From an uncultured Acidobacteriota bacterium (GTDB lineage Bacteria; Acidobacteriota; JAQAZP01), in assembly GCA_963836075.1 (NCBI GenBank), contig CAWIIB010000009.1:2080001-2144000 (forward strand): a DNA stretch of 64,000 bases. Reading direction: 5' to 3'. Position 1 is the first letter of the stretch; each line of letters starts with the position of its first letter. Shown here one piece after another: positions 46,669 to 57,740 of this stretch. The notes beneath the pieces are model-generated. The model was not told the DNA's origin, searched no databases, and saw nothing but the letters and a program-made list of their open reading frames with translations. Position numbers and translations under genes: made by a program.

Positions 46669-47808
46669 ATGGTCCATGTCTATCGGGCGGCAGTCTACCT
46701 GGTCATGATCGTCGCGGCGCTGCTGTTCTATCTGCTGCTGCGCCGGCTGTTCGGCAAGCGCACCCGGGTCTTCCCGCTGGTGGCGGCGCTGCTGGCGGTC
46801 ACAGGTTTGCTCTGGTGTACGCACTTTGCGCTCTCCAAACCGGCGTTGCTGCAGAAATACGCGCCGGTCCTGAAAATCAGGAAGCAGGGGGCGAAGATGA
46901 ACATGGTCTATATGGAGTCGGAGGTCCGGATCTGCAACCCCGACGGATCGGGGGACATCCTGTTCCTGCCCCAGGATTTCATCACCACCCGGGACATCAC
47001 CTGGTCGCCCGACGGCACCAGGATCATCTGCAGCCGTGTGGGGGACAGCCACGAGGGGATGAACCTCTGGCTCTACGATGCCAATGGTGAAAACCCGGTC
47101 CCGCTCACCTCGGGTCCGGGGATTGCCCGCCGGCCCAGCTGGTCGCCCGACAGCACCAGGATCGTCTTCGACTTCCGCCCCGGCTTGCGCCAGCTGGCCA
47201 CCGATATCTGCGTGATCAATGCCGACGGCAGCGGCCGGCAACTGCTGCTGGCCGGCAGCCGGACCCACGCCTATCATCCGGTCTGGTCACCGGACGGCAC
47301 GTCCATCTACTGCTGTGTGAAGGACGGGCGCCGCGATGACATCTGGGTCATGGATGCCGACGGCGGAAACCTGCGCCAGCTCACCTTCACCGCCGACCAG
47401 TCGGAGACCGAACTGGCGGTATCCCCCGACGGCAGCACCATCGTGTTTTCATTAAACCGCCGGGAGATGTACCTGATGGACGCCGACGGAAGCCATGTCC
47501 GCCCCTTGACCGCCGGGGACGGCAAGACCTGCCGGGGCCGGGACCCCAGCTGGAGCCCGGACGGCCAGCGGATCCTCTACGCCGGATTCGGGGCCAAGAA
47601 TTCCAGACGGTTCATCAAGGAGATCGGCAGGGACGGCAGCGGGCTGCGGCAGATCCCGGTGCAGGACGGCAAACTGCTCACCCCGGTGATGACGCCTGAC
47701 GGGTCGCGCCTGACCTACCTGCGGTTCGTCAAGACGGTGGTGCGCAAGGTCACACCCAGAAGGAACCCGGTGGCCGGGCCGGGGCTGCCGGCGGGAGAAG
47801 GGCGCTGA
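46669..47808 (+). CDS. Membrane-anchored TolB-like PD40 beta-propeller protein
   Basis: Two N-terminal TM segments and repeated (P)xWSPDG motifs. Confidence 0.85.
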   Translation: MVHVYRAAVYLVMIVAALLFYLLLRRLFGKRTRVFPLVAALLAVTGLLWCTHFALSKPALLQKYAPVLKIRKQGAKMNMVYMESEVRICNPDGSGDILFLPQDFITTRDITWSPDGTRIICSRVGDSHEGMNLWLYDANGENPVPLTSGPGIARRPSWSPDSTRIVFDFRPGLRQLATDICVINADGSGRQLLLAGSRTHAYHPVWSPDGTSIYCCVKDGRRDDIWVMDADGGNLRQLTFTADQSETELAVSPDGSTIVFSLNRREMYLMDADGSHVRPLTAGDGKTCRGRDPSWSPDGQRILYAGFGAKNSRRFIKEIGRDGSGLRQIPVQDGKLLTPVMTPDGSRLTYLRFVKTVVRKVTPRRNPVAGPGLPAGEGR

Positions 47809-47814
47809 CCGGGG

Positions 47815-49203
47815 TCAGGACGACCTGGCCTTGAGCTTGAGACGCTTGATCATTTCGCTGAGGGTGGTGGGTTTGACCTGCAGCAGCTGGGCCGCCGACT
47901 TCTGCACACCGTTGGACAGGGAGAGGGCGCGGAGGATCAGAGCCTTCTCGAATTCCTCCACGGTCTTCTTCAGCGAGAGCCCGCCGTCGGGGATGATAAT
48001 CTCCTCCGCCGAGGGAATGGCCGGATTGCGGATGTGACCGGGGATCAGGTCGAGGTCGATTTCATCCGTCTTGCACAGAACCACTGCCCGCTCCACCGTG
48101 TTCTCCAGCTCGCGCACGTTTCCCGGCCAGTGGTAGCCTTCCAGCACACCCAGCGCCTCCCGGGTGAAGCCGGCCACACTCTTGCTGTTCTCCTCATTGT
48201 AAGTGCGGAGAAAGTGCATTGCCAGCAGCGGGATGTCCGAGGCGCGCTGGCGCAGCGGGGGCAGGGAAATGGTGATCACGTTGAGCCGGTAGTAAAGGTC
48301 TTCGCGGAATTCCTTTTTCTGCACCGCCTCTTCGAGATTGGAGTTGGTGGCGGCGATGATCCTGGTGTCGACGCGGATCGAGTCCACTCCGCCCAGGGCC
48401 ATGAACTCCCGTTCCTGGATCACCCGCAGGATCTTGGCCTGGGTTTCCGAACTCAGGTTTCCCACCTCGTCGAAGAAGATGGTCCCACGGTCCGCCAGCT
48501 CGAAGAGGCCCTTTTTGGTGTTGATCGCGCCGGTGAACGCCCCCTTCACGTGTCCGAAGAGATTGCTCTCCAGCAGGTCCGCCGGCATGCTGCCGCTGTT
48601 CACCACGATGAACGGCTGTCCGGAGCGGGGGCTGTTCATATGGATCGCCTTGGCGATCAACTCCTTGCCCGTTCCGCTCTCCCCCTGGATCAGCATCGTC
48701 GAGCGGCTCGGTGCCGCCTGGGAGATCAGGTCGAAGATCTCCTTCATCTCCGTGCTCTGGCCGATGATGTTGGAAAAACCGTATCTGTCGGAGAGGGCCC
48801 GCTTGAGGTTGCGGTTCTCCTGGGTCAGCCGCCGGTGCTCCACCCCCTTGCCGATGGTCAGCAGCACCTCCTCGTTCTTGAACGGTTTGGCGATGTAATC
48901 GAAGGCACCGTTTTTCATTGCTTCGATGGCGCTCTCCACCGAGGCGTAGGCGGTGATCATGATCACCACCTGGTGCGGGTCGTCCTGTCTGATGGACTGC
49001 AGCGCTTCCAGCCCGCTCATCCCAGGGAGCATGATGTCGCAGAGGATGACGTCGAAGTCGGTTTCGCCCAGCTGGCGCAGCCCGTCTTCAGCCGTGCCGG
49101 CGCATTCCACCTCGTAGCCGCGGCGCCGGAGCAGGCGGACCAGCACATCCTGCATCACCTCTTCGTCGTCGATGACGAGGACCCTGGCCCGCTCCTTATC
49201 CAT
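47815..49203 (-). CDS. Sigma-54-dependent NtrC-family response regulator
   Basis: Receiver domain (DDE, CDIMLPG), GESGTGKE, GAFTGA, FREDLYYRLNV, WPGNVRELEN, Fis-type HTH. Confidence 0.95.
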   Translation of the reverse strand: MDKERARVLVIDDEEVMQDVLVRLLRRRGYEVECAGTAEDGLRQLGETDFDVILCDIMLPGMSGLEALQSIRQDDPHQVVIMITAYASVESAIEAMKNGAFDYIAKPFKNEEVLLTIGKGVEHRRLTQENRNLKRALSDRYGFSNIIGQSTEMKEIFDLISQAAPSRSTMLIQGESGTGKELIAKAIHMNSPRSGQPFIVVNSGSMPADLLESNLFGHVKGAFTGAINTKKGLFELADRGTIFFDEVGNLSSETQAKILRVIQEREFMALGGVDSIRVDTRIIAATNSNLEEAVQKKEFREDLYYRLNVITISLPPLRQRASDIPLLAMHFLRTYNEENSKSVAGFTREALGVLEGYHWPGNVRELENTVERAVVLCKTDEIDLDLIPGHIRNPAIPSAEEIIIPDGGLSLKKTVEEFEKALILRALSLSNGVQKSAAQLLQVKPTTLSEMIKRLKLKARSS

Positions 49204-49251
49204 CCTGTCGCTCTCGATTGTGGCGCCGGAGCCTCAGGAGCCGGTGCCGTT

Positions 49252-51675
49252 TTACGTTGGTGGTGAAGAGCTGCCGCTCCCTCGGGGCAGGGTCACGGTG
49301 AACACCGTTCCGGCGCCAGGCCGACTGTCGACGGAAATGTCACCCTGATGCTCACGAATTATACCATAGCAGATCGAGAGCCCCAGGCCGGTGCCGGCCC
49401 CGGGGGGCCTGGTGGTGAAGAAGGGTTCGAAGATGCGCCGGCGGACATCCTCGGGGATTCCATGGCCGCTGTCCGAAACCGTCACGCAGGCTTTTGACCC
49501 GGCGGTCCGGGTGGCAACGCTCAGCAGCCCGCCCTCCGGCATGGCCTCCAGAGCGTTGCTCATCAGGTTGATCAGCACCTGCTGCAGTTGTCCGGCGTCG
49601 CCGGTCACCTCCAGCGGCTCGGCTGAAAGTTCCAGACGGAAATCGACGGTGGTCCCTTTCAGCAGGTGCTCGAAGAGGGACACCGCCTGACTGGTCACCT
49701 GGTTCAGGTCGGCGGCTACCATGGTGCCGCCCTGCTTGCGCGCGAACTGCAGCAGGGAGGAGACAATATTTTCCGCCCGTTCCGCCTGCAGGCCGATTTT
49801 TTTCAGCATCTCCACCTGCTCCGTTTCGCTGGCATCGGCGGCCACGTTTTCCAGCAGCATTTCGGTGTAACTGGAGATGCCGGTGAGCGGCGTATTGATC
49901 TCGTGCGCCACTCCGGCAGCCAGCTGACCGATGGAGGCCAGCCGCTGCTGCTCCATCAGCCGGTTGGTCAGGGTGCTGTTCTCCAGGGCCATGGCCAGCA
50001 GTTCGGCGGCGGGCCGCAGCGCCTCCAGGTCCTCGCTGGAGAGCAGGGCCCCGCCCCTGCGCGGCCCCATACCGATTGCGCCCAGGCATTGGCCGCCGCC
50101 GGCCCCGGTCATGATCAGCAGCTGGTAACAGCCTTTCCAGGGGGAGGACAGTTGCACCACGCGGCAGCGCCCGTTTCCTGCCCCCTTGCCGATCCCGGTC
50201 TGTTGCCGGGGATCGGGCTGCCGCGCCTGGTCGGGGATTTCGGCGGCGGGGACGAAACGCATGGAGTCAATCTCCATGGCCCGGGCGACGTCGTCCATGA
50301 ACATCTCCACCAGTCGCTCCGGCGGGAGGGCGGGGTCGAGGCGGAAGGGATCGAAATCAGCCAGTCGTTCCCGGTGGTCCATGCGGTCCCCGAAGTGCAG
50401 ACGGTCCGCTGACCGGGCCAGCGAGTCCCTGATTCGAGGGAAGAAGATGGCGGAGATGGTCACCGCGGTCACCGCCCAGAAAATCATGCCGACCGGCCGG
50501 CGGGGATCGGAGAGGGCGGGCACCCAGCGGGAGGCGGCGGACAGGGCCAGAATCACGGTGAAAAGGGTTGCCGCCGAGGAGAGCGAGTAGACCATCGACT
50601 TTTTGAAAACCAGCGGGGCGTCGGCCAGCCGGTAGCGCATCACTGCGACGCTGAAGGCGGCGGGGATCAGTACCAGGGTGAGCAGTGACATGGCCTGCCA
50701 GTCCGCGGGGTAGGAGCCGGCCAGGTAGGGCAGGAAAAAGAGGACCAGCGGCGGCGTTCCTCCCAGCACGGTGCCCAGAGAAATCCAGAGCAGTTGCTGC
50801 CGCTGCACGGGATTGCGGGCCCGGGTGGTGCGCACAGCGGCCACCAGGCCGCCCAGCAGCAGGGCGGCGCCCAGCCAGCCAAGGCTCAGCCTGCGCAGCA
50901 CGGCATACATGGTGGTGGTGGTGTAGGGGTTGCCGGGGCGGGCCAGCAGCCCGAGGTTCCAGGCGACGTAGAGCAGGGCCAGACCGCAGGAAACGGCGAT
51001 GCCCGCGGTGATCACCAGGCGCCGGTGCCACGCTCCCGGGGCGGGAAACCAGATGCAGAACCCCAGAAAGAGCGCCGGTAGGAGCAGGGTGCCGGCATCG
51101 TCGAGGGCGTTGACCAGCAGATCGAAGTTGTCCCAGATGCCGATGGGGGAGAGGAGGGTCAACCCGGCGAAAGAGAAGCAGATGCCGGCCAACAGGAGGC
51201 TCTCCCGGGGCCGGCGGCCGAAGATCCCCACCATGGCGCCGAGGAACAGCGCCGCTGTCCCGGCCAGGACGAGGACAGCGTACAGAAACGTGCCGTCCGG
51301 CTGGCGCACCACCCGCACCACGCGGTTGATCTGACGGCCTTGCCGCAGCATCGTGTAGATGCTCTCCGCGGCCGGCCCTGATGATGCCAGCGCCTGGCCG
51401 TATTCCACCGTCGTACCCACCGGGAGTCCGTTGATTGCGGTGACGATGTCGCCGGTCCTGATGCCGGCCTGCTGTGCCGGGCTGGAGGTGCGAATGCCGA
51501 TGACCTGCAGACCGGCAACAGTGTCGCGGACGGCCAGGCCATCCTGGGGGACATCAACCGCCCACTTGCGCCAGACATTGAATCCGCCGAGGACCAGCAG
51601 TACCAGGAGCAGTAACAGGGTCCAGGTGATCCCGGTCTGCCGGTTCCGCTCTTTCCTGGTTCCACTGCCGATCAC
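49252..51675 (-). CDS. Sensor histidine kinase with extracytoplasmic PDZ domain and multi-TM region
   Basis: [19 protein letters not shown] (PDZ), [12 protein letters not shown]-box, [28 protein letters not shown]. Confidence 0.92.
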   Translation of the reverse strand: MIGSGTRKERNRQTGITWTLLLLLVLLVLGGFNVWRKWAVDVPQDGLAVRDTVAGLQVIGIRTSSPAQQAGIRTGDIVTAINGLPVGTTVEYGQALASSGPAAESIYTMLRQGRQINRVVRVVRQPDGTFLYAVLVLAGTAALFLGAMVGIFGRRPRESLLLAGICFSFAGLTLLSPIGIWDNFDLLVNALDDAGTLLLPALFLGFCIWFPAPGAWHRRLVITAGIAVSCGLALLYVAWNLGLLARPGNPYTTTTMYAVLRRLSLGWLGAALLLGGLVAAVRTTRARNPVQRQQLLWISLGTVLGGTPPLVLFFLPYLAGSYPADWQAMSLLTLVLIPAAFSVAVMRYRLADAPLVFKKSMVYSLSSAATLFTVILALSAASRWVPALSDPRRPVGMIFWAVTAVTISAIFFPRIRDSLARSADRLHFGDRMDHRERLADFDPFRLDPALPPERLVEMFMDDVARAMEIDSMRFVPAAEIPDQARQPDPRQQTGIGKGAGNGRCRVVQLSSPWKGCYQLLIMTGAGGGQCLGAIGMGPRRGGALLSSEDLEALRPAAELLAMALENSTLTNRLMEQQRLASIGQLAAGVAHEINTPLTGISSYTEMLLENVAADASETEQVEMLKKIGLQAERAENIVSSLLQFARKQGGTMVAADLNQVTSQAVSLFEHLLKGTTVDFRLELSAEPLEVTGDAGQLQQVLINLMSNALEAMPEGGLLSVATRTAGSKACVTVSDSGHGIPEDVRRRIFEPFFTTRPPGAGTGLGLSICYGIIREHQGDISVDSRPGAGTVFTVTLPRGSGSSSPPT

Positions 51676-51750
51676 GGTATTCCCCCTGCCTTCAAAATAT
51701 TGGCGGCACCCTCACTCCGTTAAAAAAACAGTCCACCGCTGGATTATCTG

Positions 51751-51766
51751 TGCAATTCTCGTACCA
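51751..51766 (-). promoter_or_regulatory. Sigma-54-type promoter for the kinase/response regulator operon
   Basis: Minus strand TGGTACGAGAATTGCA (TGGYACG-N4-TTGCA), about 75 nt upstream of the kinase start. Confidence 0.7.
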
Positions 51767-51998
51767 TCGGAAAATTCGGGTTCGTCGTTTTAAGTTTATT
51801 GTTTACAGTGTAATACGAGATCATTTTTTTCAACCTGCGCCGTGCGATCCATTTCTTTGGATGCCTTCCCGGTAAATACAAATATTTGAATTAGATGTGC
51901 CCCACCCCCCGACACTCTGCGACCGGCTGCCCCCTCTTCATTTTGCGGTTCCCGGCCGATACAATGGTCATACCGGCAATGGGGAGGCACACGAGGGG

Positions 51999-54170
51999 AT
52001 GGTGAAAAGACTGGCCAGCCTGTCAGGGACGGGAATGATGGTCGGGCTCGTGTGTGGCATTCCCTCGGCGATGGAAACCACCCTGACGCTGGCCCGCCAG
52101 GAGGAACCGGTGAGGTGGGTCACCCTCCCCTGGGGCCTGCCGTCCTCGTCGCTGGTGGCGGTGGCGGTTCACGCCGCCGCCCCGCTGGCCGCTGGTATTG
52201 CCCTGGGGCTGCTGGCCGGTGCGGCCGCCGCCCTGGTGGGCCTGGTGCTGGTGCGCGACCCGCAGCACCACCGGCTCCACCGGTCTTACTGGGACGCGGC
52301 GCTCCTCGTCTTTTTCCTCTGTTCCGCTCCACTCTGGCCCCGGCTCCGGGACGCGGTGCACTGGCTTGCCGGTGGGGCCGCCGGCTCACCCATCGCCGTT
52401 CATGGCTCTTGGTGGCCCCGTACGCTGCCGCTTGCCGCGGCTGCGGGCCTGGCGCTTGTGACAACGCTGATCCACTTCATCTCCCGGCGCCGGGATACGG
52501 ACGACCATCCGTCGAGGGAAGGGCAATGGGCTGTGGGTGTCCTGCTCCTGGCGACGGCGCTTCTGTTGGCCGGTCCGATTCGCGGCATCCTGGCCCGCGC
52601 CGGGTTGTCGCTGCTCCCGCTGCTGACCAGCCTCGGCCTGCTGCTGGCGGTACCGCTGCTCCTGATCTTCCTGCTCACCGTCTATCGACCCGGGACCACC
52701 GGCCGCCACTTTGCCGCCGTGGGCGCCCGGGTGCACCGGGCCCGGCTTCCCGGTCGGTTCCAGTATGCCGGCCTGCAGATGCTCTGGGCTGCGCCGGCGG
52801 CACTGCTGCTCTTCACGGCCGCGGCGGCCTTTGCCGGATCACCCCCGGAGGGGGCGATCCTCCGGGCGGGGGAGGCTTCCGGCCGGCGGCCCAACCTGGT
52901 GTTGATTTACATCGACACGCTGCGGCGCGACCACCTTTCCTGCTATGGCCGCAAGCGGTTCACCACGCCCTCCATCGACCGTCTGGCCGCCGGGGCGGTT
53001 CAGTTCCGCAGCGCCACCTCGCCGGCCAGCCACACCGTGCCGGCGGTCTCCAGTGTGATGACCTGCCGCTACCCGCACAACAAGGGCCTGTCCCGGGGCG
53101 AGCCGTTCCAGCTTCCCCGGGACAGCCTGACCCTGGCCGGTCTGCTCCGCGGGGCTGGATATCGCACGGCCGCCTTCATCGGCAACTATGTCCTGGGCCG
53201 CGACTACGACACCCGGATCTGGCAGGGCTTCGAGGTGTTCGACGACCGGTTCCCCCAGCGGGAAGCGGAGCGCCGGGTGCCGGAGCGTGAAGCCGGAGCC
53301 CTGGGGCGGGCCGCGGTGAGCTGGATGCGGGCCCACCAGGAGCAGCGGTTCTTTCTCTGGCTCCACTTCCAGGACCCTCACGGCCCGTACACCCCGCCCG
53401 GCGGTCCGGCGGACAGGGCCACGCTGGCCGAGTATGGCCCGCCGCGGGTCGCTCCGCTGGCACGGGACAATTTCAGCCCCGGCGGTATTCCGGTCTACCA
53501 GCGCCTGGGCGGCGCAAACGATCCCCGTCTCTACCTGGCCGGCTACGACGGGGAGATCGCCCATACCGACCGTCATGTGGGCCTGGTGCTGGCCTGGCTC
53601 CGGCGTCTCGGCCTGGACGAGGAGACCGTGGTGGTGCTGCTCTCCGATCACGGTGAGGCCATGGAGGACGACCACGGGTACTACTTCTGCCACGGCCACG
53701 ACCTCACCGAGGACCAGGTTCGCGTGCCCCTGCTGCTCCGTCTGCCCGGGGGGGGCGGGGGCCGGGTGGTCAACCGGGAGGTCTCCACCCTCGACCTCTT
53801 TCCCACCCTGCTGGGCCTGGCCGGTGTGGACGTTCCGCAGGGACTGCCCGGCCGGGACCTGCTGCGGGCGGCGGAGGAACCCGGCACGGAGCAGGTGGTG
53901 CTGACCTTCACCGGCGGCGGAGTCCTTGCCGTCCGGTCGGGCCCCTGGAAGCTGATCCGGCGCGGCGAAAAGACGTTTCTCTACAACACGGATCTGGACC
54001 CGGATGAAACCGTCGATCTGAGCGGGGTCGAGAGGGAGCGCGCCCTCCTGCTGTCCAGGGAGATGAAGGATGCCCTGGCGGCTGCCGGAAGGCCCGGGGC
54101 CGGCGGTTCCGCTGTCGGGTGGAGTGAGGACGTTCGCCGGCGGCTCCGCGTGCTGGGCTATCTCGACTGA
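51999..54170 (+). CDS. Membrane-anchored sulfatase-like hydrolase/transferase
   Basis: TM N-terminal half. PNLVLIYIDTLRRDH, DPHGPY, SDHGE and terminal LRVLGYL. Confidence 0.85.
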   Translation: MVKRLASLSGTGMMVGLVCGIPSAMETTLTLARQEEPVRWVTLPWGLPSSSLVAVAVHAAAPLAAGIALGLLAGAAAALVGLVLVRDPQHHRLHRSYWDAALLVFFLCSAPLWPRLRDAVHWLAGGAAGSPIAVHGSWWPRTLPLAAAAGLALVTTLIHFISRRRDTDDHPSREGQWAVGVLLLATALLLAGPIRGILARAGLSLLPLLTSLGLLLAVPLLLIFLLTVYRPGTTGRHFAAVGARVHRARLPGRFQYAGLQMLWAAPAALLLFTAAAAFAGSPPEGAILRAGEASGRRPNLVLIYIDTLRRDHLSCYGRKRFTTPSIDRLAAGAVQFRSATSPASHTVPAVSSVMTCRYPHNKGLSRGEPFQLPRDSLTLAGLLRGAGYRTAAFIGNYVLGRDYDTRIWQGFEVFDDRFPQREAERRVPEREAGALGRAAVSWMRAHQEQRFFLWLHFQDPHGPYTPPGGPADRATLAEYGPPRVAPLARDNFSPGGIPVYQRLGGANDPRLYLAGYDGEIAHTDRHVGLVLAWLRRLGLDEETVVVLLSDHGEAMEDDHGYYFCHGHDLTEDQVRVPLLLRLPGGGGGRVVNREVSTLDLFPTLLGLAGVDVPQGLPGRDLLRAAEEPGTEQVVLTFTGGGVLAVRSGPWKLIRRGEKTFLYNTDLDPDETVDLSGVERERALLLSREMKDALAAAGRPGAGGSAVGWSEDVRRRLRVLGYLD

Positions 54171-55609
54171 GACGCGGCATCACCGGACAGCCGCAACAGA
54201 TCGGCCACCCGCCGTTCCATGGAAAAATTCAATACCCGCTGGCGGCACGCCTCCCCCATCCGCCGGCGGACGTCGGGGTGCTCCAGCAGGTAGATCAGCT
54301 TTTCAGCCAGCATGTCGGGATCGTCGTGACGGACCACGAAGCCGGTGACACCGTCCTCGATGCCGGGGAAGTTGGCCTGGATCTCCGGCGAGACGATAAC
54401 CGGCAGCCGGCAGGCCATGGCTTCGGCCAGGCTGTAGGGCAGGGTATCCTCCTCGGCCACCCTGACGTAGCAGAGCGACTGGTGGTAGAGCCTGATCACC
54501 TCCTCCTTGTCGATCCCCTGCCGGAATTCGATACGCGGATCGGGTTCGAGGAAATGTTCCCGGAGGTCGACCCGGCTGACCAGCACCAGCCGGACGTCTT
54601 CGGGCAGCCGGGGGATGACCTGGCACAGCGGCACCAGCCCCTTGCGGTGGAAATTCGGCATGGTGGAAACGAAGAGCACCTGGCGCCGCCGTTCCCCGCC
54701 GCCCGCCCGGTCGAGACGGTCCAGGTCCACCGATGGCCCGGCAAAGCGGATGGTGGAAAGCCCGCTGGCCTGCTCCAGCTGTTCCACCTCGGTGGCCGAC
54801 CAGCACCAGTTCTCCCGGGCGCCGCACATGGCCAGCCAGTCGGCCTGCAGCCGGTTCAGGTCGTTGGCCGGCGTGCTGCCCTGGAACTGCAGGTGAATGT
54901 TGAAATAGAGGTGCTCCAGCAGCCGTGTGGTTTGAGCGTCGTCGGGCCTGGTCTTCCCGAACAGATGCCGGGCCAGGGTGAACTTCTGTTCATGGTAAAA
55001 GTCGGAGTAGATCACCGCCGGCCGCCGGCCGATGATGTCGAAGAAAAAGGTGGCCTCCCGGCGGAAGGTGAACAGCAGCAGACCGGCCCGGATACGCGAG
55101 AGCACCGTGCGCAGAAAGTGGTAGTAGCCGAGGTGGGACCGGGGCAGGCCCCGCCCGGTCAGATCTTCGAGGGTCAGCAGCCGCTGCCGCAGGTCCGGGG
55201 CGTCCCGCAGCGTTGCGTCGGGAAAGGGGGGCGGCTGGAGGCTGATCAGCAGGGCCCGGCACCGCTTGTTAAGGTTCCTCCAGAGTTCCAGAGTCTGGAC
55301 AAAGACGCCGGTGGCGCCCTGGTCCACGATCACCAGGTCCCACTCCTGGTCCAGCTCGGGAAAGGGGACAAAGGCCACCGTCCCGGTAAATTCCAGGGCT
55401 GAGCGCAGCGATCCGGGCTCTGTCCCGGCCGACCGGGCGAGGTCACCCAGCGTGGTCCCGCCGGCAAAGAGTGCGGGGTAGACCGGTTCGAGGTTTGCCG
55501 GGAGGTGTGCCACCCCGCCCGACGCCTTGTAGAGGCTCCGGCCGCGGTGAAATACGGCACCGTTGAGGACGGGAATCAGGGGTGCTTCGGTTCGTGATTC
55601 AGGGGACAA
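54158..55609 (-). CDS. GT4 glycosyltransferase with N-terminal extension
   Basis: RKG, DTLPYSLAEAMACRLPVI and DGVTGF motifs. Confidence 0.8.
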   Translation of the reverse strand: MSPESRTEAPLIPVLNGAVFHRGRSLYKASGGVAHLPANLEPVYPALFAGGTTLGDLARSAGTEPGSLRSALEFTGTVAFVPFPELDQEWDLVIVDQGATGVFVQTLELWRNLNKRCRALLISLQPPPFPDATLRDAPDLRQRLLTLEDLTGRGLPRSHLGYYHFLRTVLSRIRAGLLLFTFRREATFFFDIIGRRPAVIYSDFYHEQKFTLARHLFGKTRPDDAQTTRLLEHLYFNIHLQFQGSTPANDLNRLQADWLAMCGARENWCWSATEVEQLEQASGLSTIRFAGPSVDLDRLDRAGGGERRRQVLFVSTMPNFHRKGLVPLCQVIPRLPEDVRLVLVSRVDLREHFLEPDPRIEFRQGIDKEEVIRLYHQSLCYVRVAEEDTLPYSLAEAMACRLPVIVSPEIQANFPGIEDGVTGFVVRHDDPDMLAEKLIYLLEHPDVRRRMGEACRQRVLNFSMERRVADLLRLSGDAASQSR

Positions 55610-57740
55610 TTAGAAGTGCACCCTCAGGCCCCCGACGATTCGCCGGTATGGAGAATCCTCGCCGATCAGGGAGTCGACAAGGCCGTGGAAGGACGTCTCA
55701 TCGAGAGCCATGCCGCTGATCGCCATCAGCAGTTGCAGGTCGAGGCCCGCGGTATGCAGGAGCCGCTGGCGCAGACCCACGTCCAGGCCGCTGATCGCCC
55801 CGGCGGGTGAGCGGTGGTGGTCCAGCAGTCGGGTCTCGAGGTTGGTCAGATGATGGTAGGTGACCAGGATGCCGGTGCCCGCTATGGGCAGGAACGTGTC
55901 GAAGTGCCCGGAGACCCCGCGCACACGGCCATTCCCGCCGGGCGCCTCGGTCCACTGGTTGCCGGTGCCCGGTACGGCGGGGAGGGCCAGGATGTCCCCC
56001 TCGCCGTCGAGGATCGAGGTGCCCAGGGTGCCGGAGAGCAACTGTCCGAACTGTTTGGAGAGCGAGAGCCTCATCTCCCGCTTGCGGGCGGCACCGCCGT
56101 CGGAGAGGTAGATCATCCCCCCCCCTGTCGGGCCAAAGGGCGCTGACGGGTCGAAGTCGGTGACCGAAGCGGGCTGAACGTCTTCGACGCTGAGGTCCAG
56201 TGCGAGGTTGTAGCCCCGGCCGAAACCCTGCTCGAGGAGCAGTCCATATTCCAGCCCGCTGTGCAGTTGGCGGGTAGGGTCGTCGTCGCCGGTTTTCAGG
56301 CCCGGCTCGCCATCACTGTCCGATTCGCCCGGCATGGTTGAGCGCAGGGCCAGCCCCACGTTGCTGGTGACGCTCATTCTTTCGAACGGCGCGTAGACCA
56401 GCCCCATGGAAGGCCGGGCCAGCTGGGTGGTGGCCTCACCGCCGGCGATGCGGTATTCCATGTTGCACAGCAGGTGCAGCGGATCGAGGGCTTGCCAGCG
56501 GTCACCCCCGTTGATCACCGTCTCCCACCCTTCGTTGAGCGGGGTGATAAAACCGCCCGGAGCAGCCGCAAGGCCGCCGGTGGAGGTGAAGGGCAGGCCG
56601 CTGGGGTCACCGCTCAGCGAGCCGTGGCGCCAGTGGAAGAACAGTTCGTGGGACGAGGCCCACGTACCCGCGGACCCGGCCCCCCAGCAACAGCAGGGCC
56701 GCCTGGTCTCCGGTGCCGCTCCGCAACCCCGGCTGTGCGATTGTCATGTCGCTGCCGGAGTTGGCCCCCGCGGCATAGAACAGGTCCAGCCCCAGTTCGC
56801 GGCCACTGGTCCCGGTCCGGTTCCAGTGCGCGGCCATCGATCGGACCCCCGGCCCGGTCCCCCGGTCTCCGGTGGTGAACCGCTCCGCCAGCTCCAGCCT
56901 GAAGGTCTGCTCGGGCATTCGGGTGCCGTTGTCGCTGACCGGCATGGAGGAGAGCTCGAATGCCGCCGATTCGGTTCTCACCACCCGCCAGAGCAGCGGC
57001 CCGCCCAGACCGGAACTGAACAGTGACGGGCTGTTTTCTCGGGACAGCTCCACCGCCCAGCGGGTGGGGCCCAGCGCCCGGCCGGCAAGACTGGCCATCA
57101 GGATCGATTGGTCGCCGCCCGCTTCGGTTCCGGCGGAGGCGATCAGCAGATCGCCGGCGATGCCGCCCGTGCCCGCCGGTGCGTGTTCGGCGGGGGGCAG
57201 GCCGTCGGGACGGTCGAGGGCCTTCAGCGCATCGCGGTTGGTGCCGGCCAGGGTTTCGGCCAGGGTGCCCGTTGGTTCAGGGGAGGTCCCGGGCGCCGGT
57301 TGCCGGGCCGGTTGAAGCGCCGGCCGCTGTGCGGCAGCGCCCGATGCCGGAACCACGGTGGCGCCTCCGGTTGGGGCGTCTGGCGGTTCCGGCCCCTCCC
57401 GCAGCACGAACGGAGCCGTGGCCATCTTGCCCGACTCGGCGGCCAACGGCCCCAGTTGAGCCGGCTGGTATCCCGATCGTTCCGCTCGGAGCAGGTAGCT
57501 CCCGGGGAAGAGGCCGATGAACATGAAGCGGCCGTCACTGTCGGTGCGGGTGGATTCGAGGAGGGTGGTGCCCGATTCGTCCATCAGGAAGATGTTGGCC
57601 CGGATCAACCCGTGGCCCGGTTCGTCCACCACGATGCCGCAGATGGTGCCGGTCCGTTCCTTGGCGGCCAGCGATGCCGCGGGAAGGAGCAGCAGCAGGA
57701 CCATCAGCCAGATGCCGGTGCGCTGGAGGGGTTGCCGCAC
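55610..57740 (-). CDS. Outer-membrane beta-barrel-like protein with N-terminal carboxypeptidase-regulatory-like domain, apparent frameshift at ~56665
   Basis: Signal peptide, GTICGIVVD...TDSDGRF..LFPGSY, amphipathic strands and C-terminal GGLRVHF. The second frame is open from ~56665 to 55610. Confidence 0.65.

Noticed and set aside
45256-47277. 944-aa ORF 44443-47277 as one protein
   Set aside because: The portion above 45255 is antisense to the methyltransferase and TolB-like genes. Only the last 270 aa are a real kinase.
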